From the NCBI GenBank assembly GCA_051530055.1, contig JBMGUZ010000016.1, positions 1 through 48,733 on the forward strand: a stretch of 48,733 nucleotides of DNA. Direction: 5' to 3'. Within the stretch, counting starts at the first letter, position 1, and each line of letters begins with the position of its first letter. Origin of the DNA: Neoechinorhynchus agilis. Its lineage: Eukaryota; Animalia; Acanthocephala. Below are positions 23,585 to 32,390 of this stretch, piece after piece. Position numbers and translations under genes: made by a program. The notes under the pieces were generated by a model. The model saw nothing but the letters and a program-made list of their open reading frames with translations, searched no databases and was not told where the DNA came from.

Positions 23585-25801
23585 TCAATATCACCACAAT
23601 CATCCCGTTGGAACTGTGGGGGTGCGACCAACCTTTTTAAGCTCACTCGATATTTACCAGGAATATCCATAGCTCTCATTCAAGAGTCAAAAAGCGTTTT
23701 TAATTTAGAGCAACTATATGTTCATCTACCCCTTTTAAAGTCTTCGGTTTTTACATCTTTCGTTCATCCTCCCTATGAACTTGCCACACAAGGCCTTATT
23801 TCAATTTTTCAATCTTCCCTTGTTCCCTCACTGATCATGTCCTATTCCTCTGAGGAATTGTCTTACAGTATTTTTAAAATACTTTTCAAAAAGAACTATC
23901 TCTCCCTTGCGAATATTTACACAAGACTAGGTCTCATTCATCGTTCGCATGTAAAAGACAAAATCAAATGGCTCTTAGGGGCTAACATCGATCTCATTGT
24001 GGGAGATTTTAATGATCCATCCTTGAAATGGTCTCGGGCCATTGTTAACGCTGTCAATCTTTCCCATTCTCTTATCATGCCTAACAATCCTTCCTTTCAC
24101 AATATTTCTACTAACAAACACTCCTTTTTGGATCTAGTAATATTGAAGAAAATTTTAAACCTTTCAATCGAATATGATCGCCAAGTATCTAATTTTGTCC
24201 TCTTAGGACACGGCATCTTGATTTGGTCCATTGATCCCTTTGACAGGCTGCGCAAAGTGTATCACTTATCCCCTTTAAATTTAGCGTTTTTTCGGCTAGT
24301 TTGCGAGAAAATTTTCTTACACTTAGGTTCTGATTGCAAGTTGTCGGATATTTTACCTTTAGCAAACTCCTTAGTTAATAAAGGCGCTAATTCTTCCTTA
24401 TGTCACACCGTTAAAACCTTCTCTCGCCCTTATGTGAGCCGATCACTTCGTTTTCTTGGACGCCAACTCTATGTAGCCCAACGCTCTGGGGATACCATTC
24501 TATGCAAAACCCTATCAAGCCTTCTATGGGCTGAACGTTGCCGACAGCGACAACGAAGGGATGCATTATTTCTTGCTACACTCAAACCTTACTCTTCAAA
24601 CTGGTGGCGTACCTTTTCTAATAAGGGTAAAGTACCTTGGATATCAAAAATTACGGCTTGGTTAAAATCCTCGACTTTGGAGGATATTCTTACTCAAACT
24701 TTTGACTTCCATTCCGCAGGCTCCTCGACCAACGTGCCGTCAGTTTGTTTTCGTAAACTAATACGTAATCGTACTGATATCTCATTAAATGACATTCTCG
24801 AAGTTTGGTCCACAAATCCGAAATTGGGTTCGGCTAACGGCTACCCCGGGACGAAAATTTTCACCTTGCTTCGTAGGGACTGCATAATCCTCCTTGCAAA
24901 GGCTATGCTATGCTGTTCGCCATACGTGTGGAGGGATATCAATGTTCTTAGACGCATTTTCTTGGTCAAAAATGGCAGGAAGGCTATTGTTGAACCAAAG
25001 GATGTTCGTCCAATCTCGCTTCAAAATCCTCTAGTTAGCATATATGAACGCGCCCTTGCAAATAGGTTGAGATCTTTCATTAATAAACATAATTGCATCT
25101 CTCGGAACTGTCATGGCTTTCTAAAAGGGAAATCAGTTCATTCTGCCCTTGCAGAGATTTACTCCAATTTTTCCTGCTCTAACCAGCCCATGCGAGCCAT
25201 TCTTGTCTTGGACATTTCTCAAGCTTTTGATAAGATTTCTCTTTCTTTTATTATTGAAATGCTTGAATTTTTCAGTCTACCTCACAATTTAATAACACGT
25301 ATCCACAATATTTTATTTACAAAATCTTTTTACTACGAAGACGACGCCTCAAAGACACTTTACTACCCGTCCAATGGTGTTCCACAGGGGTCGCCTCTGT
25401 CACCTATTCTTTTCCTTATGGCATCACAATACTTGATTCAGAATTTTAAAGTTCGAGCCTCGCTCACCTGCTACGCGGATGATTTTACTTTTGTCATCTC
25501 CACCCACAGAGTAGCTAGAATGAAGCTCCTGATTGAGCAATGTATTGATTTTCTTAACTCCTTTTTACCTAAAATGAACTTATCGTTGAATAAGTCGAAA
25601 TGTTTGTGCATTTTTAAAGTTCGCTCAAGCAGAATTAGGAAAGATTTAAAATCCTTTTTCAAAAATTTAATGAACAACCCTGATACCTCTTCTTCAGGTT
25701 TTAGGAATACACCCCTTAAAATTAAAATATTGGGTCACGCCTTTACTGCTAATCTCTCGCCTAGATTAGATTTGAATAAAATGAAAAAATGCTCACTTTA
25801 G
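23585..25801 (+). CDS. Element B APE endonuclease-reverse transcriptase frame (738 codons open; first ATG at 23837 gives 654 aa)
   Basis: Manual translation upstream of 23837 stays open to a TAA at 23582 and contains APE motifs WNCGG (23609) and IALIQES (about 23669-23689). Downstream motifs: VGDFN, FLDLV, RPISLQNP, HGFLKGKS, LDISQAFD, GVPQGSPLSP, YADD. Confidence 0.88.
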   Translation, partial: SISPQSSRWNCGGATNLFKLTRYLPGISIALIQESKSVFNLEQLYVHLPLLKSSVFTSFVHPPYELATQGLISIFQSSLVPSLIMSYSSEELSYSIFKILFKKNYLSLANIYTRLGLIHRSHVKDKIKWLLGANIDLIVGDFNDPSLKWSRAIVNAVNLSHSLIMPNNPSFHNISTNKHSFLDLVILKKILNLSIEYDRQVSNFVLLGHGILIWSIDPFDRLRKVYHLSPLNLAFFRLVCEKIFLHLGSDCKLSDILPLANSLVNKGANSSLCHTVKTFSRPYVSRSLRFLGRQLYVAQRSGDTILCKTLSSLLWAERCRQRQRRDALFLATLKPYSSNWWRTFSNKGKVPWISKITAWLKSSTLEDILTQTFDFHSAGSSTNVPSVCFRKLIRNRTDISLNDILEVWSTNPKLGSANGYPGTKIFTLLRRDCIILLAKAMLCCSPYVWRDINVLRRIFLVKNGRKAIVEPKDVRPISLQNPLVSIYERALANRLRSFINKHNCISRNCHGFLKGKSVHSALAEIYSNFSCSNQPMRAILVLDISQAFDKISLSFIIEMLEFFSLPHNLITRIHNILFTKSFYYEDDASKTLYYPSNGVPQGSPLSPILFLMASQYLIQNFKVRASLTCYADDFTFVISTHRVARMKLLIEQCIDFLNSFLPKMNLSLNKSKCLCIFKVRSSRIRKDLKSFFKNLMNNPDTSSSGFRNTPLKIKILGHAFTANLSPRLDLNKMKKCSL

Positions 25802-26100
25802 CATCGAAAAAGACGAAGCGCGCCGTTACTCTCGGGTTAAACGCTAATCAATGCCAAACTATTTACAAAAGCTAGAGCATTCCTGGCCTGGTATTTTTTT
25901 CTCGAGGTCGCCCCGGAACAAAAGGCTTTAATCATCAAAACGTTCTGCGATAACCTTAATACCCTGTCTTTCTCCTGGGCCGGAGAATTGAGGATCTTCT
26001 GCAACAGTAGACTTATGAGATGGTCTAGTTGAACGATACTGATTAGTTTCTTGTTTTTGGTTTTTCCTCTCATACTGCTACATGATGAATAAATCTGTAT
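23585..26100 (+). mobile_element. Element B: ORF1-less APE-RT non-LTR unit, same family as element A, opposite orientation
   Basis: After a frameshift in the A-run near 25785 the thumb continues (MLTLASKKTKRAVTLGLNANQCQTIYKS*...SRGRP). AATAAA lies at about 26089. Confidence 0.75.
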
Positions 26101-26226
26101 TATTTTAGTTTTCGCGCCGGTAATCTCAAATCAGATGAAATTCTCGCCTAAAAATTTGTTTCTTAAATATCGCTGTAGGTTCAACGAATCCATATCTTTT
26201 GTGCAGCCATCGAACAGAAAGAGAAA

Positions 26227-27444
26227 TCAGCATTGCCTTCTGTATACGCCCACGGCGCATACAAATCGTAAGGAACTTCTTGGTTTGTTCGATGCGTTGG
26301 ACGCGTTCTCTCGCTCGTGTTCGCTTAGAGACCGCGGCACGGGGGGCGGGGGGCCGTTCGAAAAGTTGACCGAACTGGACGGATTTCGGTTCATATCTCC
26401 CGCTCTGTGTAGTGGCGAATTCAACATCGCTACCGGATCAATCACCCACATCTTCAGTCGCTCAATCGGCGGATAATTTGTCCTTAACACTTTTGGCTCC
26501 AGCCCTGTCAGACATTTCTCTAAGATCGGAGCTTTATTTAATTTCCGACGATATCATCATCTAGCTGGAAAAGGTCGAAATGGTTAATTTATAAATAACG
26601 CTATATTCCATAAGAAGAACAATTGACATAAAACAGTAAGAAATTTAATCATGAAGAGGCACCGCTGAAGATGGATTTTCAAAGTCCCGTCCAAACTCGT
26701 ACACAAAACGAAGTTCATAAGGTATTCAAACTGCTATTTCTCGAACATTCTTCTCATAGATCGATTCAGTTAAACCTTGTTATATTCGGTAGCTTTTGCT
26801 CACATTTTTCGACTTTTCCGCTTCAGCTTTATTGAGGAATGCGAAATACGTGTAGAATGAATACTTGAGGTTTCAGGACCACTACCTCCAGAATCAGCAA
26901 CTGCATCACTTGCTTCCTCGGTCACCATATTATCACAAATGAGGTCGTCGAAATCGAATTGATCAATGCCTACATCGATATCTACGATTTCACTAATTTT
27001 TTTTGCGTGATTGGATTCAAAAGCGGTATTAAGTCATTCGGATTCTTGGTAATGTCCTCCATATGATGTTTCAACTGAATAATTATGTATAAGCAGGTCA
27101 CTTGATTTCTGATATCTTCCAAATAACATATTTTGGTCGCCGAAAATGAACAACAGCGATATCATGGCAATTCTGGGAGCAAACGTTGATCGATCAATCT
27201 TAAGGTTTATTTTATCTGTATTAAGAGCCAAATACGTTTTCGTTTTATTTCGCTGCTTATATCGCTGGCGTGCAACGGGTTCTTCTACCTGAGCAGGAAT
27301 GATTTCTAACAGGTCTTCGCAAATCGATTGAATGGTATCATATCCCAAACTCTGAATAGTCTTCACAGGAGCGGTCTTTGTTCCCCTCCAGGTAGAAAAT
27401 ATTATATTGCAGATATTTCGAAAGGGAAAGCCTCGCCTCTTCAA
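26227..27444 (-). pseudogene. Decayed coding-like block of unknown family
   Basis: Several long frames broken by isolated stops (27034-27444, an acidic stretch IDQFDFDDLICDNMVTEE near 26890-27030, and 26227-26490). No recognisable domain. Confidence 0.3.
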
Positions 27445-27501
27445 GCAATGACCGAGGCTTCCACTTCACATCTTCAATAAAATATTTTCTTTGGAATACG
27501 G

Positions 27502-27648
27502 TTTTTGGGTGATAAGAAAAATAAAGATTGATTTGTCAATATTTCGTCCGTTTCGTCGGACTTCTTAGGGGCAAGCAACCTGAAAAAGTCGGACGAGACG
27601 GATTTTGGAAATTAATAAATCAATCTCTATTTTTCTTATCACCAAAAA
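27502..27648. mobile_element. MITE-like foldback element (147 bp)
   Basis: About 32-bp near-perfect terminal inverted repeats (tttttgggtgataagaaaaataaagattgattt / aaatcaatctctatttttcttatcaccaaaaa) plus an inner 16-bp imperfect inverted pair. A half copy lies at 2033-2097. Confidence 0.72.
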
Positions 27649-28235
27649 TACATATATATAAGAGCAATTAATTGTTCTGGTACAACTTTACTCTTCCCCG
27701 ATATTGATTGATTTATTGTAAATTTTCGACCGTGTGCGGTCCTCTTCAGATATCTACAATATGGGCTTAAGTAATTAATTGGTGCTTGCATGAAAGGAAC
27801 TCAGGTACCCGGGGTCGTGAAGCCCGAAAATGATCTCACACTTCCTCCAAGGAAGTTAAGAGAAAAGTGGCCAAAACTATTCTCTAATTTTATTCCCCCG
27901 AATACAATCCAAAAAAATATAAGAACAACTTTACAATCTCTTGAAATCTGAATTGCTGAAGAGATCACAGAGGCTGTAAAATATTATACAAATCTGGATA
28001 CTTTAATTGTATGTTGAAGTTACTTTTAGATCTTTTAGCCATTAATACCAGGGTGGCTCTGTTAGAAAAATGGAATTTAGACGAACTCACCATGGAGAAT
28101 ATCCGGCCGATATGGAGCAAACTAATTGTTGCAATCATGTTAGGCGTTGTAGGACATCAGGAACATCTAAGAATTTGGCAAACAAGAAACATTGATCATG
28201 ATTATTATTTAGGTTTCCATCCGGTAAATAATTTT

Positions 28236-28285
28236 TATTAAAAAAACGTTTCGAATCTCGTCGAATTCATCATCAGTTCTAAATA
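28236..28285 (-). ncRNA. Putative minimal type I hammerhead ribozyme (Penelope pLTR type)
   Basis: Minus strand reads tatttagaa CTGATGA t gaat tcgacgag attc GAA ACGT T tttttaata: core boxes, 4-bp stem II, palindromic ACGT in place of stem III, stem I with 8 of 9 pairs. It lies just 3' of a GIY-YIG fragment on the same strand. Confidence 0.62.
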
Positions 28286-28309
28286 CAAGTGAGTAAATGG
28301 TTATTCTGC

Positions 28310-28635
28310 TCTCAAACGCGCTTAGTGCAATATGAAGCGACCAGCTTCTATCAGGAGTTCGGCGGGGATTGTGGCATTTGTCCAATATAGACATAGTCAC
28401 AGTCTTTGCAGGATACTGAGTAGACCACGCAATAATTTCCCTTGAGTTGCTCCTGCATCGACTTGACATGCTCTTTCACATCGTCGATTACAACCTAACG
28501 AATGCAATGTGAAGCGACCAGCCTCTATCAGGAGTTCGGCGGAGATTGTGGCATTCGTCCAATATAGACATAGTCACAGTCCTTGCAGGGTACAGAGTGG
28601 ACCACGCAATCATTGCCCTTAAGTTGCTCCGGCTT
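28310..28635 (-). mobile_element. Two tandem (period about 177 bp) Penelope-like GIY-YIG fragments
   Basis: They translate to CVVYSVSCKDCDYVYIGQ and CVVHSVPCKDCDYVYIGR, and the nucleotide copies are clearly similar. Confidence 0.82.
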
Positions 28636-28643
28636 TGACTTAA

Positions 28644-28791
28644 AATACTTTTGATCAAAATTATAATAAAAACAACATTGAAGATTCCATATTTTAATAA
28701 AAAACATGAAAATAATGCAAAAATCACGGATGGAAATATAAACACGGAAGAATTTGATAAAAAGAACGAATCCGAATTTTAATGACAAAAA
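28644..28791 (+). repeat. 148-bp direct repeat, left copy (candidate long target-site duplication)
   Basis: Hand alignment to 30230-30377 gives about 17 differences (roughly 88% identity). Confidence 0.85.
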
Positions 28792-30229
28792 CGCCGCTAG
28801 TCAAACTGAGATCCTCAACAGCTTTTCGCAGCTAGCACCTAACATCGAAATAATTTCGCGTGCTCAACTGTCTCTTCTGGGTAGTTGCGTTTTTGATGAA
28901 AATATACCTCAGGAGATCCTCCAAATAGCGGCGAGAGTCGAATTGCTCTGCGAGCGTACGAAGGAACTTCCATCCCATCAGGCATTATTTTTAATAAAGA
29001 GTGCCCTGTTCCTTCCGAAGTTGCTGTACAAGTTGCGTACAGCGCCCTTCTTAAAACATCAACACGACGAAAATTGATGATAATTTAAGGAGGTGTCTCG
29101 AAGGGATTATAAGTATCCAACTGTCGGATGCCGCATGGAGACAAGCTTCCTTGCCTGTATCTCCGGCGGTTTGGGTATTCGTAAAACAGCCGATGTTGCG
29201 ATTCCGGCCTTTTTAGGTTCCTATGAGAGCAGCCGAAAGTTGGTAGCTAAATTGCTCGAAAAAGAGTTTTTACTTGATGAAAATTTTAAAGAGGCGGTCT
29301 TCGAATTTTGCCGCATTACGCAGTGCGATGAGGTTACTTTGAGGGGCAAGAGACAGTCAGTTTGGGATAAACCTTTAATCACGCGAGTTCACAACTCAAT
29401 GCTTTCTGACGCGCGTGATGAGGTGACCCGAGCTCGATAGTTGGCGGTCTCCTCGAAGGAATCCGGTGCCTGGCTGAACGCCGTTCCGATTCCCTCGATC
29501 GTAAATTTACTCACATACGAAACAGTAAGGATCGGAGTGTCCTTACGACTGGGAATCCCGATTTGTGTCCCATAGTACTGTCGTTGTGGGGCCCTTGTGG
29601 ATTCTTTGGGTAGACACGGTCTCGTCTGTCGCCAGTCCGGTGGCAGGTATGCTCGCCACGCTGAGATTAACTCGGTTATTAGTCGGGCCTTAAACACGAT
29701 ACACGCACCGAATCTGCTCGAACCGAGTCACCTCTGCAGACTCGACGGTCGAAGACCGGATGGGGTAACTGTGTTCCCGTGGCGAGAAGGGAAATCTCTT
29801 CTCTGGGACGCTACTTGTGTGGACACCCTTGCTCTGTCCAATCTAAGACATTCCTCAAGGCGCGAAGGAGGTGCCGCAATTGCCGCAGAGGAACGCAAGC
29901 GCGGGAAGTACGCGGAGCTCTTGAGGGCACATCACTTCGTCCTTTCGGCGTTGAGACGCTCGGTGCCTTCGGTGCTGAGGCCAAGAACTTTAGGGCGGAT
30001 CTTTCAAGGAAGATGAGGATCGCAACCGGAGACCCAAGAGCAGGAACGTACTTCCTGCAAAACATAGGTCTCGCGATCCAGCGCGGCAACGCTGCAAGTG
30101 TCCTTGCGACAGTTTCGAGTGGTAAAGAGATGGATCTGGGAGGCTCGTAGATACATGAGACTTGATTTGCTGTGAGCTTAGTTTTTGTATGAATTAAATC
30201 TGTCTACTTCAAAAAAATAAAATAACTAG
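28792..30229 (+). mobile_element. 5'-truncated, decayed RLE-type (CRE-like) non-LTR element, second subfamily
   Basis: Fragments LSLLGSCV, ALFLIKSALFLPKLLYKLRTAP, GGLGIRKTADVAIPAFL, RHAEINSVI, RRPDGVTVFPWREGKSLLWDATCVDTLA, FGVETLGAFG, QRGNAASV; A-rich tail at 30210-30225. Confidence 0.88.
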
Positions 30230-30377
30230 AATACTTTTGAGCAAAATTATAGTAAAAACAACACTAAAAATTCCAGATTTTTATTAAAAACATGAAAATA
30301 ATGCAAAAAATCATTGATGAAAAATAAACACGGAAGAATTTGACAAAAAGAACGAATCCCGATTTTACTGACAAAAA
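30230..30377 (+). repeat. 148-bp direct repeat, right copy
   Basis: Begins a few bases after the element's A-rich tail; see the left copy. Confidence 0.85.
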
Positions 30378-30404
30378 ATAAGAGGCGAGCCAACGTATCT
30401 GTCA

Positions 30405-30570
30405 CAAGCTGAGACCGAAATCCGGAGAAGGAGTGAATGGTCCACGGAGTCGAAAGCTTTCGACAAATCCAGTTGAATGCGACGGGTGACGTGGGAGGAA
30501 TTATTGTCCAGGTTGCGTAGGAGCGTGTCATAAATGCAAAGTGGGGCATCCGTTACAGAAAATTTGGGCA
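30405..30570 (-). mobile_element. LINE RT fragment, diverged paralogue of the arm LINE (about 8261-8418)
   Basis: Contains IQLDLSKAFDSVDHSLLL; the nucleotide run ggagaaggagtgaatggtccacggagt...cataaatgcaaagt...cagaaaatttgggc is shared with 8261-8418. Confidence 0.8.
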
Positions 30571-31339
30571 AAGAATATAAAGATTATTTTCCAGAGTCTT
30601 TTCTACACAAGAAGAGTTTATATACATTCCAGCAACCACTCTGGATCACTCAGCTACTATCGTCGAAAGGACGGATGCAGCGTTCCCCTTGCAAAGCCGG
30701 ACTTATGTTTGGCCGAAGAAATTATCCTGTCTTCGGATCGTCAGTGAATTCGTCTGAGTCTTTTAGACATTTGTTTGACCAGGTCCTGCGTCGCTGTGCC
30801 GGGCGACCCGAGCGTCGCAACGGCAAAGAAAACGAAGTAATGATTTCGACCCAGGTCCCATTATTTTGTCTTTTTGCGATCCTCTTTCTAGCAACGCAAT
30901 AGCTTTTGGAGGGCACTTTTGTGACCGAAGGAGGATAATTCTTTTGTTATTTCAACTTGGTTACTTCCTTCCTGATCTCGAGGATAAGAGATCAGCAATT
31001 TATCGAATCAGGAGCGGGGGTAACACAGGGAATGGTACACGTTATCAAGGAAGCTGATTCCTAAGAAATTCTCAGGCGTCATATGCTTTCTTAAAGGCGA
31101 AAATTGGTTGTGAGGCTCGGTTTTCGTTTAATCTTAAAGGGAGTTCTGAAGATGAAACTCGAGGAATTATAGTGTTTTTAAATTTACTCTATTGCAAATA
31201 ATAAAAACCATTACCGAAATGGCGTTTTAAAGTTATCGAAAGTTTATTTATAAACCTGTGCTTCCATGGTTCTTAAGTCTCGGATATAAAAAGAGTTCTA
31301 CACAATACCAATGTTTTCTGGTTGATGGTGGTTCCGCTA

Positions 31340-31603
31340 ACACACCAACAGTTTGCTACACCGGCAAAAGATGCGTCAATAGCAATCACAACGGACGCTT
31401 CTGATTACGCTGTTGGAGCAGTCCTACAACAGAGGATTTCAGGAGATTGGAAGCCATTAGCCTTTTTCAGTCGTCAACTACGAAAGCCAGAGCAAAAGTA
31501 CAGTACATTCGATTGAGAACTGCTGGAAATTTACTTGGCAATCAGACACTTCCGCTATACAGTAGAGGGACGGCCATTAACCGTTTTCACAGATCATCGG
31601 TAA
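31340..31603 (+). mobile_element. Ty3/gypsy-type LTR retrotransposon RNase H fragment
   Basis: ITTDASDYAVGAVLQQ...PLAFFSRQLRKPEQKYSTFD*ELLEIYLAIRHFRYTVEGRPLTVFTDH, with one in-frame stop. Confidence 0.9.
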
Positions 31604-32099
31604 CGAATCAAATGGATTATTTTCTAACATTTCAAGAAAAATGGGCAGGGGCAACTGGAGCTACGCAATGGTATTATCTCCAATAGTGACATCCAAAGTG
31701 TTCAGTAAGCGAAAAGACTGATGAAATATTTAATCGAACAATATAATAATTTTGCCTGTGAAGTAAATGCGTTCTTGAAACAAGGAAAAGTAAGATTCGG
31801 AAAAGAGATAAAACGCATACCAGTGAAGAGTGAACGCGGATCTTTGAAAACATCAAGACCAATCCTTCAAAAATCGGTCAGGAATTTTAGTTCGAAGCTC
31901 TTAGATCTTGTTGGCCCAAGAATCAATTTCCACTAATGAATGTTTTCAATCCAGAAGTGAGTGATAGTAGTAAGCAGGAATTCCGCCTCAATATAAGCCA
32001 ATTGGCCAAGGGCATTGAGTATTTAGAGCAGCCGGATGACATGGACCGAACCCTTACGACTGAGGCTCCTACTGACTATCCCCCACACAACACTTTCAC

Positions 32100-32390
32100 A
32101 ACTCAGAGAACTTTGCTATTTAAATTATTACAGCAAATCTTTAAAATGCTCAAATTAAAGTATTGACTTCATCCTTAATTAGGAGTTGATATCTGTTCAG
32201 TAGCAGTGGGATATTAAAATCCAAATTTGCATTAAAAACATTGACTTACATCTCAAGTTTAGAAAGCCGAAACGCTCGATTTTCCGAAATCATTCATAAA
32301 AGAGCACAACGGCAACCACTTTCGGATTACGATGCGCATTCGATTTGACGTTGAGTGAAAACGTGAAAAAACGAAAGAAACGGACTTTTA
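32100..32390. repeat. Dispersed repeat (inverted) spanning the spacer/right arm boundary
   Basis: Reverse complement of 32117-32284 aligns with mismatches and small indels to 16450-16610. Confidence 0.8.

Noticed and set aside
25837-26073. 78-aa minus-strand ORF as a separate gene
   Set aside because: It overlaps the frameshifted thumb region of element B on the plus strand and is most likely an antisense shadow.
26660-26705. CTGAAGATGG...TCCAAAC as a hammerhead
   Set aside because: The G of GAAA is missing and no stem I forms.
31721-32166. Two ORFs overlapping at TAATG as translationally coupled genes
   Set aside because: No recognisable domains; a single frameshift in a decayed ORF explains it equally well, and the context is eukaryotic.
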